This document shows positions 1-9,544 of a DNA stretch of 64,000 nt, piece after piece; the first letter of the stretch is position 1, and each line of letters starts with the position of its first letter. Position numbers and translations under genes: made by a program. This DNA comes from an uncultured delta proteobacterium (GTDB lineage: Bacteria > Desulfobacterota > BSN033 > UBA1163), in the NCBI GenBank assembly GCA_963708295.1, contig CAVPSJ010000017.1:352001-416000 (forward strand). Reading direction: 5' to 3'. Under the pieces are notes generated by a model. That model saw only the letters and a list, made by a program, of their open reading frames with translations. It ran no database searches and was not told where the DNA came from.

Positions 1-286
1 AAAGCGATACGGAAAAGAGCGAAAGGTTGCCCGAGAAAAAAGTTTTTAGAAGAACCACTACGGCTGAAATAAAGAGCGGCTCTGAAAGTCTTAGGAGAAA
101 AACCCGGAGAGGAACCCGCAACACCGCCCCGAGAAGAAGGCAGAAAAAGATGACAACGAGGGGGAAAAAGAATCCCTTGTAACTTAAGATCATGGCGAGA
201 AGAAGGAGCGCGAGGAGAAGTTTAATCCTTGCATCGATCTTCGAAAGGAGATGGTCTTTTTTGAAATGTTCAGAAAAAAGTTCCAT
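1..286 (-). CDS. cbiQ: Cobalt ECF transporter T component (partial, runs off the left edge)
   Basis: Manual translation from ATG at 286: MELFSEHFKKDHLLSKIDARIKLLLALLLL..., matching the typical CbiQ N-terminal D-x-R-x-K motif followed by TM segments; lies downstream of cbiM/cbiN. Confidence 0.85.
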   Translation of the reverse strand, partial: MELFSEHFKKDHLLSKIDARIKLLLALLLLAMILSYKGFFFPLVVIFFCLLLGAVLRVPLRVFLLRLSEPLFISAVVVLLKTFFSGNLSLFSVSL

Positions 287-310
287 GGGTAACCGTTTAT
301 GAAGATTCTT

Positions 311-586
311 TCAAGGTTTCTTTTTCTCAGCTTCTACCTCTTCGACTTTTTCCCCCATCAACCCCCTCCAGTAATATCCTCCGATAAAACCTCCTACGGC
401 GCCGGCGAGGAGAAAGACAAACAGGAGCAGATCCCCCTGATCGGTGTTGAGAAACGATTCTTTCGCCTCTCTGCCGTGCTCCTTTGCAATCTTCTCAATG
501 ACAGATTCGTCTACCCCCGACCATTTTTCACCCGCAGGAGTTACAGAAGGCAGTATGCAGAAGGCAGTCAGCAGTAGAAGCAGCAT
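311..586 (-). CDS. cbiN: Small cobalt transporter auxiliary membrane protein (CbiN-like)
   Basis: 91 aa with hydrophobic N-terminus, WSGVDE...IEKIA motif and C-terminal TM (GDLLLFVFLLAGAVGGFIGGYYW); sits between cbiM and cbiQ. Confidence 0.7.
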   Translation of the reverse strand: MLLLLLTAFCILPSVTPAGEKWSGVDESVIEKIAKEHGREAKESFLNTDQGDLLLFVFLLAGAVGGFIGGYYWRGLMGEKVEEVEAEKKKP

Positions 587-593
587 TCCGAAG

Positions 594-628
594 ACTTTGA
601 GCTTTGAGCTTTGAGCTTTGAACTTTCA
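594..628. repeat. Heptamer tandem repeat (RCTTTGA) x5
   Basis: actttga gctttga gctttga gctttga actttca read directly. Confidence 0.9.
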
Positions 629-1405
629 CACCGCCTCCTCCGCCTTTAAGACCTTCATTTTCACAAGGAGGTCAGGACGTTTTTTGTAAAGTAGGACGAT
701 CATTCCGGCAGTCATCGCTCCCTCGAGGATTCCAAGCGGGAGTTGAGTGGGGATGAAAGCGATGAGGATCTTCCAGAAGAGAGGCATGAACGGAGAGTCT
801 CCTTTGATGCCCGACGCAAGTTCAATCGATGTCGTAAGGTAGGTGGCCCAGTCTGCCAGGAGGCCTGCAACGAATCCGGAAACGGCCATGTTGATTCTCA
901 TCGAGCGTAATGCCTTGAAGGTCAAGAAGCCTGCGAAGGACCCCATGACACCCATGGAGAGGATGTTCGCTCCCCAGGTACTCAAACCTCCGTGAGCAAG
1001 GAAGAGAGCCTGGATGAGCAGGGCCACTGCTGCAACCAGTACGCTGATCGCAGGACCGACAAGAATTCCGGAAATGGCTGTCCCGCACGGATGAGAGCAG
1101 GAACCTGCCGTTGGCACGGGGATTGGCATACATGAGATGATAAAGACAACGGCTGCCATCAGCCCGACGAGGGGCTTGAATGACAGATCACCAGCGGAAG
1201 CTTTTTTTAACCTGTACAATCCGTAGACGACAAAAGGCACCGCCAGGATTGACCAGAGGGCAGCCCAGTGGAAAGGCAGTAATCCTTCCGAAATATGCAT
1301 GGCGTGGGCGTCGGAAACAGTGAGCAGTATGCAGTATGTCGTAAGGAGAAGAGGGGTAACGACATCTCCTAAATTTTGAGTTTTAAATTTTGAATTATTT
1401 TGCAT
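626..1405 (-). CDS. cbiM: Cobalt ECF transporter S component CbiM
   Basis: Signal peptide ending AHA, followed by the conserved mature N-terminus MHISEG; SCSHPCG and AHGGLSTWGAN motifs; likely start ATG 1405 rather than 1522. Confidence 0.95.
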   Translation of the reverse strand: MQNNSKFKTQNLGDVVTPLLLTTYCILLTVSDAHAMHISEGLLPFHWAALWSILAVPFVVYGLYRLKKASAGDLSFKPLVGLMAAVVFIISCMPIPVPTAGSCSHPCGTAISGILVGPAISVLVAAVALLIQALFLAHGGLSTWGANILSMGVMGSFAGFLTFKALRSMRINMAVSGFVAGLLADWATYLTTSIELASGIKGDSPFMPLFWKILIAFIPTQLPLGILEGAMTAGMIVLLYKKRPDLLVKMKVLKAEEAV

Positions 1406-1410
1406 GGCTC

Positions 1411-2658
1411 TTACTTTCGATATCTGGCCGCCTCCTCCGGGAGCATCGGGACGAACTCGCATTGTCCTGACGGAATGGGATATTCTTCCCGATCGGGCAG
1501 GGTCAGATCCCTCACATCGCACAGCTCCTTTGATTCCTCAATGCGTCGCTCCACCAGGTCCACCAGTCCTTCATTAAATCCCAGACTTCTTCCCAGTATC
1601 AATCTCACATGGGGGAATCTTTTGGCCTCCTTCTGCATCATCTCGGGGATGTCGAGCAGGAGGTGGAGTCCTTCATGGAGAAAATAAGGGATGGCCAATA
1701 CCTTTCTAGCTCCTTGATTCATACATTTTTCGAAAATCTCGGGGAAATGCGGGCCAAGTCTTGAGATAAAACATATCTCCACCCGGGGATACCCATACTT
1801 GTCTCTCAAGCGTTGGGCCACCTCTTCCATATCCCTGCCAGCTCCCGGGACACGGCTTCCGTGACCCATGAGAATAATGGTCTCATCTCTCAGACTTCCA
1901 GACCCCTTTGCCTGGGCAGTCGGCTCAGCGATAAGGCCCTCTCCATCCCTTTGACCCGCTGCAATCGCACAGAGGGCATGAACCACGCTCACGGCAAGAG
2001 GACTTCCGCCTCGTCTCCCGGAGAGCGCGATAAAAGGAATATCGAGAGACATGAGCTCCTCCTTGCTTTCGATAACATGAACGAAACCGACGGGCATCGC
2101 AATGACCAGGGCCGGTCGGATCTCTTCTTCCTGGATGAGACGGTTCAACTCAAGGAGGCCGACAGGTGAGTTTCCAAAAACCACCAGACCCCTGTTCAGG
2201 ATCGGTTTTGCTTTTTGAACGGCAAAGAGCGACCGTGGAAGCCTGTGCTGCCGCGCCTTCCCGAAGACTTCCTCATCGTCCACATGACAGACGATATTCG
2301 AGGCCTGATAACCTTTGTGAACAGACTGGAGTCTCTTCAAAGAAAGTCCTGACTGGATCATTCTGGAATCGACATAGATAGGCCTTCCTGACCGCAAGGG
2401 TTCGATCCCATGGGAAATGGCTCCCGGAGAAAACTTAACGAGATCGATAAGCCCAAAATCTCCGGTGGTGTGGATCATTCGGCGAACCACCTGCCATTCC
2501 TCCGAGCCGAATGGGTGTGGGCCCACCTCCTCTTCGATCCGTTCCATGGATCGAGCCTCGATCTCCTCTCCGCTGAGGGGGGAGGCCAGGAATCTATGGA
2601 TGAGGGGATCACGTTTTCTCTTCGGTTCACTTTTTGGAAAACCCGTTTTCTGATTCAT
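1411..2658 (-). CDS. cbiC: Precorrin-8X methylmutase (CbiC/CobH) fused to a CbiX-type cobaltochelatase domain
   Basis: N-terminal IEARSM/VRRMIHTTGDF/GNSPVGL/PVGFV/GRRGGS is CbiC; C-terminal ILMGHGSR...PYFLHEGLHL..DIP is CbiX. Confidence 0.9.
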   Translation of the reverse strand: MNQKTGFPKSEPKRKRDPLIHRFLASPLSGEEIEARSMERIEEEVGPHPFGSEEWQVVRRMIHTTGDFGLIDLVKFSPGAISHGIEPLRSGRPIYVDSRMIQSGLSLKRLQSVHKGYQASNIVCHVDDEEVFGKARQHRLPRSLFAVQKAKPILNRGLVVFGNSPVGLLELNRLIQEEEIRPALVIAMPVGFVHVIESKEELMSLDIPFIALSGRRGGSPLAVSVVHALCAIAAGQRDGEGLIAEPTAQAKGSGSLRDETIILMGHGSRVPGAGRDMEEVAQRLRDKYGYPRVEICFISRLGPHFPEIFEKCMNQGARKVLAIPYFLHEGLHLLLDIPEMMQKEAKRFPHVRLILGRSLGFNEGLVDLVERRIEESKELCDVRDLTLPDREEYPIPSGQCEFVPMLPEEAARYRK

Positions 2659-2723
2659 AACTTGCCCCGTTGGAAAGTTCCTCCGTTTATGACGGAGGAG
2701 GATATTTATTTTTATCTCGTTCC

Positions 2724-4150
2724 TTATTGAAAGGATGTGGTAAAGACCCTCGTATTTCTAACGGGGTCTGCTCCACAGTGGTTGATAAAGGTTTCCACAT
2801 TTCCGGGTCGAGAGGCCCAGTGAAGATGGACATAGCTTGCCAGGACGTTGTTCTGCTGAAACCCCTCAGGAAAGGTTTTTTCCGACCGGCGGCGTTTTAT
2901 CCGGTAAACCGGTGCCCAGCGGAGTCGTCTGACAGAGGCCCGATCAGTTCAGAGTAATGGAATTCATGACCTCTGAGCACTGCTCCGCGCTCTCCCCAAA
3001 GCGAGTTATTTGTCAGAGTGACCTCAACGTATCCGAGGGACTTCAGCCGATTGAGCATTCTTGACCAAACCGGGAGAAGGCCCACCATGGGGTATCGTTT
3101 TCCCTGGGTTGTTTCAATTCCCCGGGTCAGGTACATGAGCCCCCCGCACTCGGCGTAAAGAGGAAGACCTCTCCTGGCGAACTGACGGACGGCTTCCTGC
3201 ATCTCCCGATTTTCCGCCAACGGTTCCGCATATTCCTCAGGATAGCCTCCTCCAAAGTAAAGGGCATCGATACCCCCCGGCGGTTTCCTGTCTTGGAGAG
3301 GGGAAAAGAAAATCAAGTCACATCCCCGTAATTTGAGCTCATCCAGGTTGTCCGGATAGTAGAAATGAAAAGCCCTGTCGTACGCCACACCGATTGAAAC
3401 GTGCTTCGGGCAGGGGACTGCCTCTTGCCCCGGCTCCGTGATGGGAAGAGGCAATGCATCCCGAGCTATCTGCAGAACGGTATCTACGGAAACGTATTGT
3501 TCTAGGACATCCGCCAAGTCCTCGATATTTTTTGGCGGAAGATTTTGAGGATCTGCCGTAACCAGTCCCAGATGACGGCTGGGAAGGGCGGGGAAGGCGC
3601 CTCGTGGAATGGCACCCAGCAAAGGGGGAAGGGATGCGCTCCTGAGAGACTGAGCGAGCCAGTCTCTGTGGCGATCCGACCCGCTGCGATTGGCAATGAT
3701 ACCAGCGACCTTCAAATCCCGCTCGAATTCAACGCAACCTTTCACGATCGCGCAGAGACTTCGTGCCATGCCGTGGACATTGACCACCAGCAAGACCGGA
3801 GCATCCAACCAGCGGGCGATCTCCGCTGTACTTCCCTCAGATGTTCCAGGATCCGATCCGTCGAAGAGTCCCATCACTCCTTCAATGACGGCGATATCGG
3901 CATCCTTCGTGGTCCGGCTGAAAAGTCCCAGGACATACTCTTTTCGGGTCATCCAGCCATCGAGGTTATAGCAAGGTCTTTCTGAAGCGAGTGTCAGGTA
4001 AGAGGGATCCAGAAAATCCGGCCCGATCTTAAACGTCTGGATCCGAAGCCCTCTCCGTTTAAGAGAAGCGACGAGAGCGAGGGAGAGGGTCGTTTTCCCC
4101 GTTCCGCTCTGGGTTCCTGCTATGATGATTCTCGGTATGGACTGTCTCAT
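2724..4150 (-). CDS. cbiA: Cobyrinate a,c-diamide synthase (C-terminus split by frameshifts near 2870-2920)
   Basis: GTQSGTGKTT, KIGPDFLDP, EGVMGLFDG, AECGGLMYL, RGHEFHYS; a shifted frame continues EGFQQNNVLASYVHLHW to TAA at 2724; start ATG 4150. Confidence 0.92.
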
Positions 4151-4179
4151 AAAAACATCCGAAAGGGGTTCAAGAATTT

Positions 4180-4290
4180 TGGAAAGTAGAAAGTAGACAG
4201 TAGCGTGTGGGGTTAACCAGTTTCTGCCTTCCACTTTCTACTCTCTTAGATTTGAACCCTTGACCCCTCGATTCCTTGAATCCTCCAAAC
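4180..4290. repeat. Degenerate 7-mer and 8-mer tandem arrays
   Basis: gaaagta gaaagta gacagta ... ttctgcc ttccact ttctact (inverted pair), then ttgaaccc ttgacccc tcgattcc ttgaatcc. Confidence 0.7.
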
Positions 4291-4821
4291 TTAGTATTCA
4301 ACCCCCTTTTGTGCTCCAATCCCTTGGCTCAATCCATGTTTGAGATTGCGCATCTCCGTCACCGTATCCGCCTCGTCGATGAGACGTTGGGTGGCTCCCC
4401 TCCCTGTTAATACGAGACAGGAGAGTTCACCGCTCTCTTCAAGAAGGTTCATGATTTGATCCTCTGTGATGAGCCCTTTGTCCATTGCCGTACAGATTTC
4501 ATCCAGGATCATCAGGTCATACTTTTCCGAGCGAAGGGCTTCAGCAGCCTTTTCCAGGGCATGAAAGGCCGCTTGACGATGTTCAAGAAAAGCGGGGCTC
4601 GTGGGAGATGGAACAAATCCCCGGCCCATCTGGATCACCTCAACCCGTGGGAGATATCTGAGGCCGGCCAGCTCGCCTACGGTATCATCCGCTTTCATAA
4701 ATTGCAGAATCAGGGTTCGCATTCCATGGCCGCTTGCGCGAAGAGCCATCCCGAGCGCAGCCGTGGTTTTGCCCTTGCCGTCCCCCGTGAAAATGAGAAT
4801 GCGGCTCCTCCTGTTCGTCAG
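4291..4821 (-). CDS. cobO: Cob(I)alamin adenosyltransferase CobO/BtuR
   Basis: Frame extends upstream of the listed ORF through ILIFTGDGKGKTTAALGMALRA; also QFMK, ILDE, LTGR, ADTVTEM, QKGVEY; exact start unclear. Confidence 0.92.
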   Translation of the reverse strand: MTNRRSRILIFTGDGKGKTTAALGMALRASGHGMRTLILQFMKADDTVGELAGLRYLPRVEVIQMGRGFVPSPTSPAFLEHRQAAFHALEKAAEALRSEKYDLMILDEICTAMDKGLITEDQIMNLLEESGELSCLVLTGRGATQRLIDEADTVTEMRNLKHGLSQGIGAQKGVEY

Positions 4822-7415
4822 CCCGTGGCCCTCCCAAAGCCTAACACTCGGTAGATCTCTCCATCTTCAGACTTTTCCGGACCACCTCTGCCAATCGCTC
4901 GAAGGCTGGTTCCAGGTCGTAGACGGCGCAGACCTTACCAATCGGCTGCAAGATTTCGCCGGACTCTCAGGCGGTCGATGAACCATCTTCGAAATTCATC
5001 TGAATCGAAGATTCCATGGAGATACGTGCCCCAGACATGACCCATTTTTGCTTCTGCTCCGATGATCTGTCCGTCTTCCCGAACGACAAGAGGGATCAAC
5101 GGCGTTCCCTCGGTCTGACCGTGATGGATTTCGTATCCCCGAACTTTGAGCCTGGAGGGCAGATGGGTTCCTTCGGCCCGGACAAGGGTCTTCTGTTGGG
5201 CCATCACCGTACAGACAGGCATGAGACCGAGTCCATGAATCGTTTTTTTTGCAGACTCGATTCCGTAAGGATCCTCCACGCGATGGCCGAGCATCTGAAA
5301 GCCGCCGCAGATGCCCACGACTTCTGTCCGGCCCTTGTCAGACAGAGCAGGAATCTTTCGGTCCAGTCCGCTTTGACGGAGGTATTCCAGGTCCCCCATC
5401 ACATTCTTGCTTCCCGGAAGAATGATGGCATCGGGGTGATCGAGATCGTTGGTTGATCGGACGATGCGGAGAGAGACATCGGGTTCGATTCTGAGGGAAT
5501 CGAAATCGGTGAAGTTCGATATGTGGGGAAGGTCAATGACGGCGATTTCGATTCCACTCTCCCGGAAAGGTCCGTCAAAAGCGCCGCTCTTGAATTCAAC
5601 CGAGTCCTCCTCGGGCAGTCCGAGATCACGGAGATACGGAACGATCCCGAAAGAGAGCCCGGTGTGATCGTGTGTATAATCGATCGCCGGGCCGAGAAGA
5701 TCCTCCTTCCCCCGGAATCGATTGATCACAAAACCTGCGATCTGTTTTCTTTCCCACTCAGCCAAAACTTCCATCGTTCCCACAAAGGAGGCAAAAACGC
5801 CTCCCCGGTCGATATCGCCGACGAAAAGAACGGGCGCCTCTGCATATCGGGCCATCTTCATGTTCACGATGTCATGGTCTTTCAAGTTGACTTCTCCAGG
5901 ACTTCCCGCTCCTTCCAGGACGATCACGTCGAACTCCTTCGCCAGGCAATCGTAAGCTTCTTTTACCTCGGCAAAGGCGATGGGTTTGTACTGGATGTAC
6001 TGATGGACGTTCATATTCCCCACAGGCCTTCCCAGGACAATCACTTGAGCTCCCGTGTCATCATTGGGTTTGAGAAGGATGGGATTCATTCGAACGTCCG
6101 GATCGATCCGGCATGCCTGGGCCTGAACAACCTGGGCTCGACCCATCTCGCCGCCTTCCCGGGTGACAAAGGAGTTGAGCGACATGTTCTGGGCTTTGAA
6201 GGGGGCGACCCGGTATCCGTCCTGCAGGAGGATCCGGCACAGGGCAGCTGCCAGGATGCTCTTGCCCGCGTTGGAACTGGTTCCTTGAAACATGACGGCC
6301 GGAGTCTTTCGGCGATCCAATCGAGGGGACAGCTGAACTTTCAACGCCTTTCTCAAAGCGTGAAGGAGCCTGAGATTCTCATCCTCGCTCCTGACCGCAA
6401 TGCGAAAGAATCTTCCGTCCAAGCCATCGAAATTATCGCAGACGCGAATGGCAATTCCCGAAGCGAGCATCTGTCTTGCCAGAGTCGGCCCATCCGCATC
6501 TCGACGATCCAGGCGAGCCAGCAAAAAGTTGGCTTGGCCGGAGAAGACGGTCAGACCGGATAGGGAATGCATTTCGTTGAAGAGGAATTCCCTTTGCTCT
6601 CGAACCAGTGCCCTGGTCCGGAGGGCATAGGCATGATCCTGGAGGGCATGCTCTCCGACTGCCTGAGCAAGGCGGTTGACCGACCAGAGGGGCATGATCT
6701 TCTTAATCTTTTGGATGAGGTCGGGTTCGGCAATGGCAAATCCCAGTCTCAAACCAGGAATGGCATAAAACTTAGTCAGAGAACGGAGGACGATGACGTT
6801 TGAGGGCCGGTCGCAAATCAGACTCTCCGCTTCTTCCACGAAATCGAGGAAAGCTTCGTCAATGACAAAAAAGGTGGAAGGATATTTTAGTGCCAGGGTT
6901 CGTAACGCAACGGGATCGATCAGCAGACCGGTCGGGTTATTGGGCTGCCCGATAAAAACCAACTGGCCGGCGGAGATTTCCTTATTGAGAAAAGAGAGGT
7001 TGAGCTGAAAGCCTTCTTCCTCTTTAAGGAAGATCTTTTCCACAGGCTTGCCTGCCAGTTCGACTGCATTCACATAGTCAGAATAAGAAGGGACCGGAAT
7101 GAGAGCGTGATCAATGGGCAGGGCGAAGGGCAGCGAACGGATGATCTCCGTCGACCCGTTTCCCACAAGAACCTCTTCTTCTTTTACTCCATAGTGACTG
7201 GAAATCGAAGCTCTCAAGGAAGAAGAGTCTGGATCGGGGTAATGAACGATAGAACTCAATCGGCTGCTGATCAGTGGGCGAAGCCAATCCGGAGGGCCGA
7301 GAGGATTGATATTCGCCGAGAAGTCGAGGAGATCCTCTGGAGATCGGCCAGCCTCCAGGGCCAGCCTTCTTATATTGCCGCCATGCTCGTGATGTCTAGG
7401 ATTTGTGAGGGACAT
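4820..7415 (-). CDS. cobQ: Threonine-phosphate decarboxylase (CobD) fused to cobyric acid synthase (CobQ/CbiP); frameshifts in the last ~40 codons
   Basis: N-half [40 protein letters not shown]; C-half [61 protein letters not shown]; a shifted frame continues [18 protein letters not shown]. Confidence 0.93.
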
Positions 7416-7428
7416 TTTTCGGTCGATC

Positions 7429-7464
7429 AAAAAAAAACCCAGCCTTCGCATTGAAGACTGGGGA
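7429..7464 (-). terminator. Intrinsic terminator (riboswitch expression platform)
   Basis: Minus strand ATCCCAGTCTTC-AATGC-GAAGGCTGGG followed by T9, between the riboswitch and the cobD-Q start. Confidence 0.85.
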
Positions 7465-7516
7465 TTCTACCCGCATGCACCCATCACAGCCTTGTCCTCG
7501 AAGACTTTTATGAAGA

Positions 7517-7689
7517 ATACCCAGGCAGGTTTTCTGACTCTCGGATCTCCCTATTCCTTGCGCCTTCCCACCCTTCGACAAGCTCCGGGCAGTGGCTCAT
7601 TGCAAGTTTCGTCCCCGATTACAGCGGCGGGCCCGTCCCCGATTTCTCCCTTCAAGATAGGGTCACGGGGTTCCCTTCACCTGGATATC
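7517..7689 (-). ncRNA. Cobalamin (B12) riboswitch
   Basis: Minus strand AGGTGAAGGGAACCCCGTG...AATCGGGGACGGGCCCGCCGCTGTAA...GCCACTG...GGGAAGGCG...GAGTCAGAAAACCTGCC (B12 box), upstream of the cob operon. Confidence 0.95.
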
Positions 7690-7704
7690 ACAACCTATAA
7701 AACC

Positions 7705-7734
7705 TTTTTAACAAATCGGAAAAAGGTCTGTCAA
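7705..7734 (-). promoter_or_regulatory. Putative sigma70 promoter of the cob operon
   Basis: TTGACA-N18-TAAAAA with TG extension just 5' of the riboswitch. Confidence 0.5.
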
Positions 7735-7849
7735 GTTGTTTTGTGGAGGTCTACGAATGAGTTCAAGGATCTCAGGCACCATGGGTCTACATGGGTCAGA
7801 GATTGATTCTAAAATGGTTCGACCGCCAGATAGAGGAACTGTGCCATCA

Positions 7850-8012
7850 TTAGTAACCTTCTCATAATAATAATGGCGGCATTGTTTTATAAAATTCCTC
7901 CTCACCTCCCTTTGCCTGTCTAAGGACAGGAAAATGATACCAAAGGGAGGAACAGTACCCCTCTTTGGCAAAGAGGGGCGAGGGGAGATTTTAATAATAA
8001 CTCTATTATGAT
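7850..8012. mobile_element. MITE/REP-like element, family A, copy 1
   Basis: Core TACCCCTCTTTGGCAAAGAGGGGCGAGGGGAGATTTTA (7956-7993) is nearly identical to 35251-35289; begins with a TTAGTAA-type end. Confidence 0.7.
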
Positions 8013-8155
8013 TGCTGAGGAACCTGATCCCGCCAGGGCGGGATTCCGTCCGGCAACAGACGTGATCGCTCATTCATTGTGACGCAATCTCTAGGGGACG
8101 GGATGTGGGAGAGAGGATGCGATCGGTCCATTGATCCCGGGTTCAATCGAATCTC

Positions 8156-9145
8156 TTAATCCGGATGGAAGCGGAACCCCATCTCAAGGGTAGGATCGCT
8201 AAATTCTTTAGGGATGGGGGGCAAAGGTTCTGCCTTCTTGATGGCCCGCATCGCTCTTTGATCAAAAAGCGTATTGCCGGATTTTCTCTCGAACCAGGAT
8301 TTTTGAATTTTACCCTCCCGGTCGATGACGACCACAATCGTTGCTTCCAGGGTCGTCCTTCCTTTAGGAAGGTTCTCCGGCAGGGTCCATTCCTTTTTAA
8401 TCTTTGCCCATATCGAATCGTAGTAATCGTTCAGCCTCGATTGCAGTCCCGAGCCCCCTCCAGACGAAGAGCCCCAAGGAGATCCTCCTGTTGGAGAACC
8501 CACCGATCCGGTTCCGGTTCCTGATCCCGCTCCTGTCCCGGATCCGGAGGCAATCGCCCCCTGGGATAGAGGACCGGCGGAAGCCTCCCTTGCCGGTTCC
8601 TTCTCCAACGCCTCACGACGGCCTATTTTTTTCTTAATCTCGTCAAGGGCCGCCTTCCTACGAATATTCTCCAGTTCTTCGTGAAGATTTTTTAGAGAAT
8701 CCTTTTGTTTTTCAGAGAGATCCTCCTGCTCAACCGTTGCCACTTTCTTTTCTGATTTTTTCAGAGGCGATTTCAATCCTTCTACGGTATTGCGGCCCTT
8801 TTGGTTTTCGGCGGGTTTTGTTTTTTCGGCAGGTTTTGTCTTTTCAACGACTGTCTTTTGAATCGGCGGGGCAGTAGGCGGACTGGTTGCGGCAGGTCCC
8901 GGACGCTCCGATCGCGGGCTGCCCAGAGGGGAACCATCCCCCTGAGGCGCAAAGGGTCGAATGGTTACCCGATAAACAGGCTTCATTTTTGTCATCGTAG
9001 GCTTCAGGCCGATCGTCAGGAGAGTGATGAGGGTAATATGAAGCAACAGTGAGAAAATTCCCGCTGCCCACAATCCGCCCTTTTCAGGAGAAGCAGGGTG
9101 ATGCAAAAGATGATGCCGTCGAGCGCCTTCTTTGCGTCTTCTCAT
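8156..9145 (-). CDS. TolA/TonB-family energy transducer
   Basis: Single N-terminal TM with SLLLH motif, Pro/Lys/Gly-rich linker, C-terminal TonB_2-like domain (YYDSIWAKIKKEW...SGNTLFDQRAMRAI..A.PLP). Confidence 0.85.
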   Translation of the reverse strand: MRRRKEGARRHHLLHHPASPEKGGLWAAGIFSLLLHITLITLLTIGLKPTMTKMKPVYRVTIRPFAPQGDGSPLGSPRSERPGPAATSPPTAPPIQKTVVEKTKPAEKTKPAENQKGRNTVEGLKSPLKKSEKKVATVEQEDLSEKQKDSLKNLHEELENIRRKAALDEIKKKIGRREALEKEPAREASAGPLSQGAIASGSGTGAGSGTGTGSVGSPTGGSPWGSSSGGGSGLQSRLNDYYDSIWAKIKKEWTLPENLPKGRTTLEATIVVVIDREGKIQKSWFERKSGNTLFDQRAMRAIKKAEPLPPIPKEFSDPTLEMGFRFHPD

Positions 9146-9543
9146 TTCTTCAACTCAATCCCCAAGCCCGGGTTCTTTACTCCTGATTGGGTTAAGACAT
9201 CCATGACCTGGATCACGGCATCGTATCTGACGTTTTTGTCCCCGTTAATAATGACAGAAGTGTCCGGTTTATTTTTCACCCTGGCCGTCAGCCTATATTT
9301 GAGTGTCTCTAAATCGAGCTTCGCATCCTCCAGGAAGACCTCGCCTTGGGCGTTAATATGGATCATGATGTCTCGCTGCGACTCTTCCGACTTGGAAGCC
9401 TTGGGCAGCTGGACTTTTACGCTTGACTGATAGATGAAGGGGGTCGCGATCATGAAGATAATTAACAACACCAAGACCACATCTGTAAAGGGGGTGATAT
9501 TGATTTCTGCTATGAGTTTGGAACTTCTTCTTTCTCTCTTCAT
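9142..9543 (-). CDS. exbD: Biopolymer transporter ExbD/TolR
   Basis: EINITPFTDVVLVLLIIFM motif; INGDKNVRY. Confidence 0.9.
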   Translation of the reverse strand: MKRERRSSKLIAEINITPFTDVVLVLLIIFMIATPFIYQSSVKVQLPKASKSEESQRDIMIHINAQGEVFLEDAKLDLETLKYRLTARVKNKPDTSVIINGDKNVRYDAVIQVMDVLTQSGVKNPGLGIELKK

Positions 9544-9544
9544 G

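Noticed and set aside
5523-6563. 346-aa + strand ORF and other long antisense ORFs (e.g. 21336-22169, 26623-27513)
   Set aside because: Shadow ORFs opposite well-supported genes, with no recognisable motifs
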